The notes under the pieces are model-generated. The model worked only from the letters and a program-made list of their open reading frames with translations, was not told the DNA's origin and did not search any database. 32,000 nucleotides of DNA from positions 60,001-92,000 of the forward strand of contig NZ_LWLG01000004.1 of NCBI RefSeq assembly GCF_001652585.1, in the 5' to 3' direction. The DNA comes from Thermosulfurimonas dismutans (GTDB taxonomy: Bacteria > Desulfobacterota > Thermodesulfobacteria > Thermodesulfobacteriales > Thermodesulfobacteriaceae). Positions 9,611-19,264 of the stretch are shown piece by piece (position 1 is the first letter of the stretch; each line of letters opens with the position of its first letter). The position numbers and the translations under genes are program-made.

Positions 9611-9825
9611 GCGTGCCCATGAGACTTAAAGAGATAAATTACCCGGTGGGGACAGCTGAGGCCGAGGGGGTGGAGATGCCCGTTTATCTCCATCTGATCC
9701 CGGAAGAGGAACTTTCCCCTGGGGACTGGGTAATCGTACACGTGGGCTTTGCCATTCAGAAATTACGGGCTGAGGAGGCCCGGGAAACCTGGAAACTTCT
9801 AAGAAGTGCCCTTGGAAATGCATGA
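9601..9825 (+). CDS. hypC: Hydrogenase assembly chaperone HypC
   Basis: 74 aa with the hallmark N-terminus MCVGVPMRL. Confidence 0.85.
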   Translation: MCVGVPMRLKEINYPVGTAEAEGVEMPVYLHLIPEEELSPGDWVIVHVGFAIQKLRAEEARETWKLLRSALGNA

Positions 9826-10162
9826 AGCCAGTTTAGTCTCTGCCCTGGTAGAGAGCCTGCTGGATCTGAAGGCTCGAGAAGGAGCCAAAAAGATCGTAAA
9901 ATTCCAGGTAGCCATGGGAGAACTTTCCGGAGTAGATCAGGAAGCCTTTAACATGGCTTACGAGGCCTTAAAGGGCGTTGTTGAAGAGTTAAGAGATACC
10001 CGGATGGAGATTATTAAAATCCCGGCCAGGCTACGTTGCGAGGAATGTCAACGGGAGTTTTCCGGAGATTATTTTTCAGCCTGTCCGGAGTGTGGAAGTT
10101 ATATAAAAACCATCCTCTCAGGGGAAGAACTTGAACTCCGGGAGGTAGAACTAGAGGTCTAA
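9818..10162 (+). CDS. hypA: Hydrogenase nickel-incorporation protein HypA
   Basis: Start set at ATG 9818 (MHEASL...), overlapping the hypC stop. Zn site CEECQ...CPECG. Confidence 0.85.
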   Translation: MHEASLVSALVESLLDLKAREGAKKIVKFQVAMGELSGVDQEAFNMAYEALKGVVEELRDTRMEIIKIPARLRCEECQREFSGDYFSACPECGSYIKTILSGEELELREVELEV

Positions 10163-10164
10163 AA

Positions 10165-10830
10165 ATGTGTGAGAGCTGTGGCTGTGGGGAAAGGAGTCTT
10201 AAACTCTCTGTAGAGAAAGCCATCCTTTCGGAAAACGAAAGATTGGCCCAGCGTAACCGGAAATGGTTTAAGAGCCTTGGCCTAAGGGTTATCAATCTGG
10301 TGGGCTCCCCGGGCTCTGGGAAAACCTCTTTAATTGAAGCCACGGCTCAGAGACTTTCGGGGAGGAGACTGGCTGTCATTGAGGGTGATCCCGAGACTCG
10401 CCGAGATGCTGAAAGACTCCAAGCCTTAGGAATCCCGGTAGCCGCAGTGACCACCGGCGGAGTTTGTCATCTGGATGCCCGCATGGTGCACCGGGCTTTT
10501 CATGAACTGGAACCAACGCACCCCGAGATTCTTTTTATTGAAAATGTGGGGAACCTCCTCTGCCCAGCAGATTTTGACCTGGGTGAGGACTTGCTGGCGG
10601 TGGTGCTTTCGGTAACCGAGGGTGAAGACAAACCCGAAAAATATCCCCAAGCCTTCCGCCGGGCCAAAGCCCTGGTCATCACTAAGATAGACCTTCTGCC
10701 CTATGTAGACTTTGACCTGGAGAGGGTCGCAAACACTGTACTCAAGATCAACCCCGAACTTCGAATATTCCCCCTTTCGGTCAAAACCGGGGAGGGGCTT
10801 TCAGCCTGGCTTGAATTTTTAGGGCCTTGA
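10165..10830 (+). CDS. hypB: Hydrogenase nickel-incorporation GTPase HypB
   Basis: N-terminal metal site MCESCGCG, P-loop GSPGSGKT, and ENVGNLLCPADFDLGE. Confidence 0.9.
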   Translation: MCESCGCGERSLKLSVEKAILSENERLAQRNRKWFKSLGLRVINLVGSPGSGKTSLIEATAQRLSGRRLAVIEGDPETRRDAERLQALGIPVAAVTTGGVCHLDARMVHRAFHELEPTHPEILFIENVGNLLCPADFDLGEDLLAVVLSVTEGEDKPEKYPQAFRRAKALVITKIDLLPYVDFDLERVANTVLKINPELRIFPLSVKTGEGLSAWLEFLGP

Positions 10831-13108
10831 AAACCGGTGTCCTCATTCTCGTTTCGGGAAGGGTTCAGGGTGTAGGGTTCAGGCCCTATCTAGCCCGTCT
10901 GGCTAAAAGGCTTGCCCTTTCCGGCGAAGCCCGGAATGTTCCGGAAGGGGTAGAGATCAAAATCTTCGGAAGGGAAGAAAATCTCAGGAGCTTTCTCCAT
11001 CGGCTGAGGACCGAAGCTCCGGAGGTCTCTCACATCAAAAGCCTTGCGGTAAGGCCGCTTACAGAAGCTCCTCCGGAGACCTTCAAAATAACTCAAAGCC
11101 GGGCTGGACATCCCCAAACCTATGTACCTTCGGATCTAGCTACCTGTAAGGCCTGTCTTGAAGAAGTCTTTACCCCTTCGGATCGCCGCTACCTTTACCC
11201 CTTCACTAACTGCACGGACTGTGGCCCGAGATACACGGTGATCAAGGATCTGCCCTACGACCGCAAACGGACCAGTATGCAAGTCTTCCCCATGTGTCCA
11301 GAGTGCGAGAGGGAATACCTGGATCCGGGAAGCCGGCGCTTTCACGCCGAGCCGAACGCCTGTCCGGTGTGCGGCCCAAAACTCTGGATCACGGAGGCCT
11401 CCGGGGAGGTCTTGGCGGTCGAAGAAGCCTGGGATTTCGTGGTCCGTACCCTCAGGGAGGGGGCCATCTGGGCGATCAAGGGTCTCGGGGGCTTTCATCT
11501 GATCTGCGATGCCGAAAATGAGACCGCGGTACAAAAGCTACGGGAACGCAAAAAAAGGCCCACCAAACCCTTGGCCGTGATGGTGAGAGACCTGGAACGG
11601 GCCAGACTGGTGGCCGAAGTTTCGGCGGTGGAGGCCGAGGCTCTGCTTTCCCGGGCAGCGCCCATCGTTCTTTGTCGGAAAAGGTTCCCTTTCCCCCTTG
11701 CCGAAGCTGTGGCCCCTGGTATCGCTTTGGTGGGTCTCATGCTACCCTACACCCCCCTCCATCATATCCTGTTCCGGGCCTGGCCGGGGCTCGCCCTGGT
11801 CATGACCAGCGGCAACCTCTCCGAGGAACCCCTCTGCTATCGGAACGAGGAGGCCCTGGAAAGACTCAAGGCCCTTGCGGATTACTTTCTTCTCCACGAC
11901 CGCGAGATCGTAGCCCCGGTGGATGACTCCGTGGTGAGGTTTGCCGGAGGGATCCGCATCCTTGTCCGTCGGGCCCGGGGGTTTGCCCCGGAACCGCTTC
12001 CTCTTCCTCGCGAAGGCCCTCCGGTTCTGGCCGTGGGGCCCTCCTCAAAAATACCTTCACCCTTACCCGAAAAGCAGAAGCCCTTTTGAGTCCCCACCTC
12101 GGGGATCTGGAGGACGCCGAAACCCTGGCCCTGTGGGAGCGAACCTTTGAACACTATGTAAAGCTTTTTGGAGTAAGACCGAGAATAGTAGTAAGTGACC
12201 TCCATCCGGACTATCTCTCCACCAGACTGGCAGAGGAGATCGCCGAAAAGGAAGGGCTCCTACATCTGAGATTACAGCATCACGCGGCTCACGCTTACGC
12301 CGCTTTGGGGGTCCGGGCCGGACAAAAGGCCCTGGCCGTGGTTCTCGACGGAGCCGGTCTCGGTCTGGATGGAACCATCTGGGGCGGGGAAATCCTTCTC
12401 CTTGAGGGTGAACACTTTCGCCGGGTGGGGAGTTTGGAGCCCTTTCTGCTTCCAGGGGGCGAGGCCGCCGAGCGTGAGCCTTGGCGGGTGGCCCTGGCCT
12501 TTCTGAGGGATCTTTACGGCGGGGACGCCCTCTATCACCTTACGGGTTCGCTTGAATCCCTTCCGGAAGAAAAACTCAAAACGGTCTGGTTTCAGATCGA
12601 GAGGAAACTCCACACCCCTCTTACGAGCAGTGCCGGAAGGCTATTTGAGATCGTGGCCGTGCTTCTTGGGCTAGGGTGGCGCAATCACTACGAAGGTGAA
12701 TTGGCCCTGAGGCTTGAGAGTCTGGCCTCCCGGACCTCGGAGGAAAAGGTAAAACCTTATGCCGCGGGTTTTTCCCCGGAGTCGGGGCTCATCTCCGGGA
12801 GGGACCTAATTCTTTCAGTACTCAAGGATCTCAAAAGAGGTATCCCCCGGGAGCTGATAGCCTTGAGGTTCCATCTTGGGCTTTCCGGGGCCTTGGTGCG
12901 TGCCTGCAGGGAACTCGCCCGGAGATTCGAGGTGAGAGAGGTCTGTCTTTCCGGAGGCTGTTTCCAGAACGCCGTTTTCCTTGAGGCCACCCTCGAAGGC
13001 CTCATGCGGGAAGGCCTAAAACCCGTCTTCTCCGAAGAGGTCCCTCCCAATGACGGCGGTGTTTCCTACGGCCAGGCGGTCTGGGCCTCGCTAGCCAATC
13101 ACCTCTAG
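10827..13108 (+). pseudogene. hypF: Carbamoyltransferase HypF, split into two ORFs (10827-12089 and 12086-13108) by a 1-nt frameshift at the G run 12035-12038; either a true pseudogene or a sequencing/assembly error
   Basis: The N-terminal ORF has the acylphosphatase-like VSGRVQGVGFRPY, paired Zn fingers (CKAC..CTDCGPRY, CPEC..CPVCGPK) and a YrdC-like region. The conserved stretch continues in the -1 frame: frame 0 reads VLAVGPSSKI, while frame 2 from 12035 reads GALLKNTFTLTRKAEALLSPHLGDLED. The two parts total about 760 aa, the normal HypF length. Confidence 0.8.
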
Positions 13109-14395
13109 GGCCTCGGCCCAGAGGTCGTAGGTGAAGCTCCGGATAAAGCGCACTCGCACCAGATCCCCCGGAGAGACCGGTAGGCCTTTTTTAATGATGG
13201 TAAGGCCGTCCACCTCCGGGGCCTGGAATTCGGCGTGGCCCACCGGCCGTCCCCGGAGGTCATAGCCGGTGATGAGCACCGTCCCCTGGGTGCCCACCCG
13301 GCGCCTTAGATTTTCACGGGAGATCTCCCTCTGAAGGACCATAACCCGGTGCCGCCGTTTTACGGCCTCGCGGTAGGGCACCCGAGGACTAAATTTGGCG
13401 GCCGGAGTACCTTCCTCCGGATAAAAGACAAAGGCCCCCAGGTGGTCGAACCTGGCCTCCGCAAGGAACCGAAGCAAGGTATCAAACTCCTCTTCTCCCT
13501 CCCCAGGGAAACCCACGATGACAGAGGTCCTGAGACCCACCTCCGGTCTCACCCGGCGGATGCGGCTAATCAGGTCCAGTATTTCCTCGGCCCGGTAAGA
13601 TCTCCGCATCCTCTTGAGGATTTCCAAATGGGCGTGCTGGACGGGGAGATCCAGATACGGGGCCAACCGGGGCTCGGTCTCAAACAGTTCCAGGAGTTCA
13701 GGGGTTAAGCCTTCGGGATAGAGGTAGAGGAGCCTCAAACGTGCTATTCCGGGAACGTCGGTGAGCAGACGCTCTATCAAGTCCGCAAGACTTCTCCTCC
13801 CGGCCTCTAAACCATAGGCCGAGACATCCTGCCCCACCAGGATGATCTCTTTTACGCCCTGCGAGACGAGTTTCCGAGCCTCTTCAAGGATATCCCTCTT
13901 CGCACGGCTCCGCAGGGGCCCCCTTATCCGTGGAATGGTGCAGAAGGAACAGGCGTGCCGGCAGCCCTCGGTGATCTTGAGGTAGGCGTAAAAGGGGCTC
14001 TCGGTCAGGACCCGTGCGGTGGTCTCCGGCCCTTCGGGTTTGAGGTAGAGTTTTTTATTTCCGTCCATTAAAGATTCGGGAGTCCGGAAGGCCTCGATGC
14101 CCATGAAGACATCCACCTCCGGGAAGGCGGAGACCACCTCCTCCCGGAAGCGGGCCACGAGGCAACCCACCACCGCAAGCCTCTGCTCCGGTCTCTTGGT
14201 TTCGGCAAGCTCGAGCACGGTGTCGATAGATTCTCGCACCGCAGGCCGGATAAAGGCGCAGGTGTTCACCAAAAGGAGATCGGCCTCCTCGGGGGAGAGC
14301 ACCGGTTCGGCCCCGAGGGCGGAAAGGCGGGCAAGCAGTTTTTCCGTATCCGTACGGTTTTTGGGACAGCCCAGGCTTACGGCGTAGACCTTCAA
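13091..14395 (-). CDS. rimO: Ribosomal protein S12 methylthiotransferase RimO
   Basis: MTTase N-domain VSLGCPKNRTDTE, radical-SAM CRHACSFC, and a C-terminal TRAM-like domain. TTG start in a TTGA overlap with the panD stop. Confidence 0.8.
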   Translation of the reverse strand: MKVYAVSLGCPKNRTDTEKLLARLSALGAEPVLSPEEADLLLVNTCAFIRPAVRESIDTVLELAETKRPEQRLAVVGCLVARFREEVVSAFPEVDVFMGIEAFRTPESLMDGNKKLYLKPEGPETTARVLTESPFYAYLKITEGCRHACSFCTIPRIRGPLRSRAKRDILEEARKLVSQGVKEIILVGQDVSAYGLEAGRRSLADLIERLLTDVPGIARLRLLYLYPEGLTPELLELFETEPRLAPYLDLPVQHAHLEILKRMRRSYRAEEILDLISRIRRVRPEVGLRTSVIVGFPGEGEEEFDTLLRFLAEARFDHLGAFVFYPEEGTPAAKFSPRVPYREAVKRRHRVMVLQREISRENLRRRVGTQGTVLITGYDLRGRPVGHAEFQAPEVDGLTIIKKGLPVSPGDLVRVRFIRSFTYDLWAEALEVIG

Positions 14396-14763
14396 CTGGG
14401 GGAAACCTCCTTAACCTCCCGGACCCGGTTCCCCTCATCTACATAGACCAGGCGCACCTTTAAGTCCCCGAATTCCCCCTCAGCCACCCAGGCATAGGCC
14501 ACGATGATGACCTCGTCGCCGATCTCCCCCAGTCGGGCGGCCGCACCGTTAAGGACCACCTCCCCCGAGCCGGCCCGGCCTTCAATGACATAGGTCTCAA
14601 ACCGGGCCCCATTTGAGAGGTTGTAGACCCAGACGGCCTCAAAAGGGGAAAGCCCGGCCGCCCGGATAAGCTCGGGATCAAGAGAAAGACTGCCTTCATA
14701 AAAAAGCTCTCTTCCGGTAACACGTGCCCGGTGGATCTTGCTCTTCAAAAATTTCCGGTACAT
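14392..14763 (-). CDS. panD: Aspartate 1-decarboxylase (pyruvoyl-dependent)
   Basis: Start set at ATG 14763 (MYRKFLKSKIHRARVT). YEGSLSLD contains the G-S self-cleavage site. Confidence 0.9.
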   Translation of the reverse strand: MYRKFLKSKIHRARVTGRELFYEGSLSLDPELIRAAGLSPFEAVWVYNLSNGARFETYVIEGRAGSGEVVLNGAAARLGEIGDEVIIVAYAWVAEGEFGDLKVRLVYVDEGNRVREVKEVSPS

Positions 14764-14770
14764 ATCACTC

Positions 14771-15616
14771 CTACGGATAGAGTATAGTATTGTCAATCAA
14801 GCGGGCCTTGCCCACGAAAACCGCCAGAGCAAGAAGGGTGGGGCCATCCACCATCCCCTTTTCCTCCAAGGTCTCTGGATCTCGGAATTCCACGTAGTCT
14901 ATGCGGGTAAAGGGATGGGAGGATATGAATTCCTCTAGCTCGGCCTTGAGCTCGGGAACCTTCTGTTTACCTTCGGCTACTCTACGGCGGGCGAGCTCCA
15001 GGGCCTGGTAAAGGCAAAGGGCCGACTTTCGCTCCTCCGGCGAGAGATAGACATTCCGGGAACTCATGGCCAAGCCATCAGGCTCCCTCACGATGGGGTG
15101 CGGCACGATCTCCACTTCCAGATTCAGATCCCGGACCATCCGTTTTATAACTTGAAGTTGCTGATAATCCTTCTCGCCAAAGACCGCCAGATGCGGTTTC
15201 ACGATATTGAAGAGTTTTAGGACCACCGTGGCCACCCCTCGGAAATGTCCCGGCCGACTCGCTCCGCAAAGAGGCTTTGAGAGGTCGGTCACCTCTACAT
15301 AGGTTTGATAACCAACGGGATACATCTCCTCCGCACTCGGCGCAAAGAGGAGATCCACTCCCTCGGCCTCGGCCAACTTGAAGTCCCTTTCAAGATCACG
15401 AGGATACCGTTCGTAGTCCTCTCCCGGACCAAACTGGGTAGGATTCACAAAGATACTCACCACTACCACATCCGAAAGTTCCCGGGCCTTCCGCATAAGG
15501 GCCAAATGCCCCTCATGGAAATACCCCATAGTAGGCACAAAACCAATGCGTTTTCCGGCCTGACGGAGGGCCTCAGACCTTGCCTGCATGTCTTTGACTT
15601 TAGTAATGAGCTCCAT
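14771..15616 (-). CDS. panC: Pantoate--beta-alanine ligase
   Basis: 281 aa with [14 protein letters not shown] (the HxGH nucleotidyltransferase motif), directly upstream of panD. Confidence 0.9.
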   Translation of the reverse strand: MELITKVKDMQARSEALRQAGKRIGFVPTMGYFHEGHLALMRKARELSDVVVVSIFVNPTQFGPGEDYERYPRDLERDFKLAEAEGVDLLFAPSAEEMYPVGYQTYVEVTDLSKPLCGASRPGHFRGVATVVLKLFNIVKPHLAVFGEKDYQQLQVIKRMVRDLNLEVEIVPHPIVREPDGLAMSSRNVYLSPEERKSALCLYQALELARRRVAEGKQKVPELKAELEEFISSHPFTRIDYVEFRDPETLEEKGMVDGPTLLALAVFVGKARLIDNTILYP

Positions 15617-16562
15617 CTTTTAGGGCCATCCGGAAATCTTCCTTTTGAATTAAGTTTAATACCTCCTTAGGAACCTCATCAAGGACAAGCCTCTGGAGAA
15701 ACGGATATCCTCCGGGGAAGCCCCCAAGACGAGAATAAAACCGGTCAAGGGGTTCCAGGGCCCCGTTGCCATTTAGATCCCGGACATAAAAAAGAGGTCT
15801 TCCAGAAAAGGACTCTATCCCCACAACCTCAATAGCTCTAGCACCATTTCTTTTGGCCGAAAGAAGAATCTTAAGGTCTAGTTGATATTCACTCAGGAAC
15901 AAATTCAACCGAGCCTGCCAGCCATCCTCTTTCAAAAAGTCTGGCACTACTAACTCGCTCATGATCTCAAAAAACGACCGGTTACGATTGTAAATTAAGA
16001 CGGGAGTTCCAGGTTCCACGAAACGGTAAACACTCTCCATGTCTCGATCGGCAAGGGCTATACATCCGTGAGTCCAGTTCCTTACCAATCTGGACTTGCC
16101 TTTGCGATAAAGGCCTCCCCCGTGAATACCTATCCCATTGCCAAGAGGACCATCCAAACTTCGACCAGCCTTATAAGCCTCCAAATATTGTTGATATTCC
16201 TCTTCCGTCAATCTTCCTTCCCAAAAGGCCTTTCGAATATCTTTAAGATTGGGATAATCCAGCCCTACAAAGAGGTAATATTTACGGGAAGGTCTCTTAT
16301 ACCTCACCTTATAAAGTCCTTCAGGGGTGGCCAAATCTCCCTTTTTGCTTTTGGAAATCAGCGGGTTAAGTCCAAAGGAACAGGGGAAAGAAGCTATCTC
16401 CTTTCCCTGCTGATAGAGAGTCAATGTCTTAGAGGCCTTCTCGATCACAATCCATTTATCATCCTTCCTGGTTTGGAATGGAAAAGAAAATCCCCCTAAA
16501 AACAAAAAAATTATTCCCGCAAGTGAAAAAAGCCTAAAAAAGCCTTTAAAAATTTTTAGCAT
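15600..16562 (-). CDS. L,D-transpeptidase (YkuD-domain) family protein with N-terminal membrane/signal segment
   Basis: Has IGIHGG...[13 protein letters not shown] (the catalytic His/Cys signature of YkuD) and a hydrophobic N-terminus [17 protein letters not shown]. Confidence 0.75.
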   Translation of the reverse strand: MLKIFKGFFRLFSLAGIIFLFLGGFSFPFQTRKDDKWIVIEKASKTLTLYQQGKEIASFPCSFGLNPLISKSKKGDLATPEGLYKVRYKRPSRKYYLFVGLDYPNLKDIRKAFWEGRLTEEEYQQYLEAYKAGRSLDGPLGNGIGIHGGGLYRKGKSRLVRNWTHGCIALADRDMESVYRFVEPGTPVLIYNRNRSFFEIMSELVVPDFLKEDGWQARLNLFLSEYQLDLKILLSAKRNGARAIEVVGIESFSGRPLFYVRDLNGNGALEPLDRFYSRLGGFPGGYPFLQRLVLDEVPKEVLNLIQKEDFRMALKDGAHY

Positions 16563-16595
16563 ATACCAAACCGATTTTTTATCTCAAAACCAGAT

Positions 16596-16624
16596 TTGAA
16601 AATTTCGGGATAGAGCCTTATTAT
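16596..16624 (+). promoter_or_regulatory. Sigma-70-like promoter for the small secreted-protein gene
   Basis: TTGAAA (16596-16601), a 17-nt spacer, then TATTAT (16619-16624), about 40 nt upstream of the start codon. Confidence 0.45.
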
Positions 16625-16667
16625 AATAATATCTTAAATTAAACCAAATCTTAAAGGAGGTATGGCT

Positions 16668-16868
16668 ATGAGGAAGAAATTGGTAGCGCTTGCCATGGCG
16701 GTGGTTTTTGCGGCTCCTATGGGTGCCCTGGCCAAATCCTGCAAGGGAACCATTAAAGAATTTGACGGCAAGACCATGGTAGTTAAAATCAAGGGTAAGT
16801 GCAAGGCTGAAGCTGGCCAGGACGTAAAAATCAAAGTTCAGAAAAAGGCCGCTGTTGAAGGTTGCTAA
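16668..16868 (+). CDS. Small secreted Lys/Cys-rich protein (about 66 aa precursor, about 44 aa mature), unknown function
   Basis: GGAGG (16656-16660) is 7 nt before ATG 16668; ATG 16662 is too close to it. Signal peptide MRKKLVALAMAVVFAAPMGALA|KS. The mature part has three Cys, including the C-terminal residue (...AAVEGC). The gene has its own promoter and terminator. Confidence 0.6.
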   Translation: MRKKLVALAMAVVFAAPMGALAKSCKGTIKEFDGKTMVVKIKGKCKAEAGQDVKIKVQKKAAVEGC

Positions 16869-16884
16869 AACCATAGAAAATTGG

Positions 16885-16908
16885 GGGGCGGGTTAGCCCG
16901 CCCCTTTT
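16885..16908. terminator. Rho-independent terminator between convergent genes
   Basis: GGGGCGGG-TTAG-CCCGCCCC (8-bp GC stem) followed by TTTT. It starts 17 nt after the small gene's stop, and its T tract overlaps the stop codon of the cooC-like gene on the other strand. Confidence 0.75.
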
Positions 16909-17665
16909 AAGCTAACATTTCTTCAAAGAGTCTATACGCCTGCACAAGAAGAGGGTGTTCTGAGGGCAAGTCCCAAATAGGTCTTTGGTTGACTTCTAGT
17001 TCAAATATCTCTTTACTTTCCGAAAGATAGCCTAGAAACGAGAGGGTTTCCTTTTCGCAGGTCTCTCTAACATATTTGTCCAAGGCTTCAGGAATCTCTT
17101 CAGGGGCTCGGTTGACGAGTAACCATTTGTGCCCAACCTGAAGCTGAAGGGGTTTCACCAGGGCAGCAATTCGAGCCGCCGTAAGAACCCCCCTCGAAGA
17201 GGCGTCTGAGACCACCAGGAGATGATCGATCTCCGTCATGTTTAATCGGGAGAGATGTTCCATCCCGGCCTCGTTGTCCACTACCATGTAAGCGTAACTC
17301 TTCTCAATTTTCTGTAAGGCCTGAGAAAGAAAAGAATGGGCCGCACAATAACATCCCGGCCCTTCAGGCTGTCCCATCACTAAAAGATCGTAACCTTCGG
17401 CCTCTACCATGGCTTCATGGACCCTCATCTCCATAAAATCTCCCCGGGACATACTCTCAGGGACACTGGTCCTAAGCTCGTTCTTGACTTCTCCCAAAGT
17501 GGTTTCCACCTCAAGCCCTAAAAGCTCATTCAAATTGGCATTGGGATCGGCGTCCACTGCCAGCACCGGCCCCTTGCCAGTTTCCACCAGATAGCGAATG
17601 AGAAGCGCAGCGGTCGTGGTTTTCCCGGTCCCCCCCTTGCCAGCCAGAGCAATCCTTACCGCCAT
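16907..17665 (-). CDS. CooC/AcsF-type P-loop ATPase (MinD/ParA superfamily; nickel-insertion accessory protein family)
   Basis: Deviant Walker A GKGGTGKTT and the CxC metal motif GPGCYCAAH characteristic of CooC-type proteins. 252 aa. Confidence 0.7.
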   Translation of the reverse strand: MAVRIALAGKGGTGKTTTAALLIRYLVETGKGPVLAVDADPNANLNELLGLEVETTLGEVKNELRTSVPESMSRGDFMEMRVHEAMVEAEGYDLLVMGQPEGPGCYCAAHSFLSQALQKIEKSYAYMVVDNEAGMEHLSRLNMTEIDHLLVVSDASSRGVLTAARIAALVKPLQLQVGHKWLLVNRAPEEIPEALDKYVRETCEKETLSFLGYLSESKEIFELEVNQRPIWDLPSEHPLLVQAYRLFEEMLA

Positions 17666-19264
17666 TTAGGCCTCCTTCCTTTGACGATCCCGGAACAATT
17701 TATAGGTATAGCTCTCGATCAAGGCCTGACAACTGGCCTCTAAGATGTCATGGGAGACCCCCACCGTGCCCCACTGACCATCTCCATCCCGGGAGGTAAT
17801 AAGGACCCGAACTCTAGCCCCGGTCCCTGGAGTCCCCGGAAGAACCCGTACTTTGTAGTCCTCAAGCTTCATTTCTTTCAGCTGGGGATAGAATCTCTCC
17901 AAGGCCTTACGGATGGCATGATCCAGGGCGTTTACCGGACCATTTCCTACGGCCGCCGTATGTTCCACCTCCCCCACCCCGGGCGGGACTCTCACCATCA
18001 CCGTGGCCTCTACCAGAAGTGGGCCTTCCTTGGTGGGTTTCATATCAAGCACCCGATATCCTAGGAGCTCAAAATACTGTTTCGGCTCTCCTAAGAGACG
18101 ATACATGAGAAGTTCCAGAGAAGCCTCTGCAGCCTCAAATTCGTAGCCTTCGGCCTCTCTCTTTTTTACTTCCTCTACGATCTTGCCTACTACCGGGTCC
18201 TCCTGGGAAAGCTCAAGGCCAAATTGACGGGCTTTATACACAATATTGCTCCGTCCAGAGAGGTCCGAAACCAGAACCCTACGAGTATTCCCCACCAACT
18301 CCGGCTCGATGTGTTCGTAAGTCCTGGGATGCCGCAGGATGGCTGAAACGTGTACTCCCCCTTTGTGAGCGAAGGCGCTTCGGCCTACATAAGGAAGATT
18401 TCTAGGATGGGGAAGGTTAGCTAACTCGAAAATAAACCTTGAGACTTCAGTAAGACGAGGGAGATTCTTGCCGGCCTCGCACTCCACGCCCATCTTGAGG
18501 ACCAGATTCGGAATGATGGAACAAAGATTGGCGTTCCCACACCTTTCCCCCACCCCGTTCATGGTCCCCTGAACTTGCGTTGCACCTTCTAAAATCGCAA
18601 AAAGACTGTTGGCCACCGCACAGTCCGAATCATTGTGGGCGTGGATACCGAAAGAAATCTCTTGTCCGAGGCGTTTTTTGACCTCCCGGATAATTTCTAC
18701 CAGCTCATGAGGAAGAGTGCCTCCATTGGTATCGCAGAGCACCAGACAATCCGCCCCGGCTCCCCAGGCTCGTCTCAGAGTTTCCACGGCGTAATCCGGA
18801 TCCTCCTTGAAGCCGTCAAAAAAGTGTTCGGCATCGTAAAAGAGTTTTTCCACGTGCGGCCTAAGGAACTTCACTGAGGACTCAATGATCTCGAGATTCC
18901 GTTCCAGAGTGGTCTTTAAGGCCTCTTTCACATGTATCGTCCAGGACTTTCCGAAAATGGTCACCACCGGAGTCTTGGCCTCAAGCAGGGCCTTTAAGTT
19001 TTCGTCAAGATGGGCTTCTTTCCGTGGATGATGCGTGCTTCCGAAGGCCGCGATCCTGGCATGTTTGAGTTGATAGTCCCGAATCTCCTTAAAAAAACGG
19101 GCGTCTTTGGGGTTTGAACCTGGCCATCCGCCCTCAATGTAATCTATACCCAGTTCATCAAGTTTCAGAGCTACCCGGATCTTGTCCTCAAGTGAAAGAT
19201 TGAACTCCTCGGCCTGTGTGCCGTCCCGGAGAGTAGTATCATAGATCTCAATCCGGCGGCTCAT
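17666..19264 (-). CDS. cimA: Citramalate synthase (LeuA/CimA family)
   Basis: [15 protein letters not shown]...[18 protein letters not shown], and a C-terminal LeuA-type regulatory domain. 532 aa. Separating cimA from leuA would need phylogeny. Confidence 0.75.
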   Translation of the reverse strand: MSRRIEIYDTTLRDGTQAEEFNLSLEDKIRVALKLDELGIDYIEGGWPGSNPKDARFFKEIRDYQLKHARIAAFGSTHHPRKEAHLDENLKALLEAKTPVVTIFGKSWTIHVKEALKTTLERNLEIIESSVKFLRPHVEKLFYDAEHFFDGFKEDPDYAVETLRRAWGAGADCLVLCDTNGGTLPHELVEIIREVKKRLGQEISFGIHAHNDSDCAVANSLFAILEGATQVQGTMNGVGERCGNANLCSIIPNLVLKMGVECEAGKNLPRLTEVSRFIFELANLPHPRNLPYVGRSAFAHKGGVHVSAILRHPRTYEHIEPELVGNTRRVLVSDLSGRSNIVYKARQFGLELSQEDPVVGKIVEEVKKREAEGYEFEAAEASLELLMYRLLGEPKQYFELLGYRVLDMKPTKEGPLLVEATVMVRVPPGVGEVEHTAAVGNGPVNALDHAIRKALERFYPQLKEMKLEDYKVRVLPGTPGTGARVRVLITSRDGDGQWGTVGVSHDILEASCQALIESYTYKLFRDRQRKEA

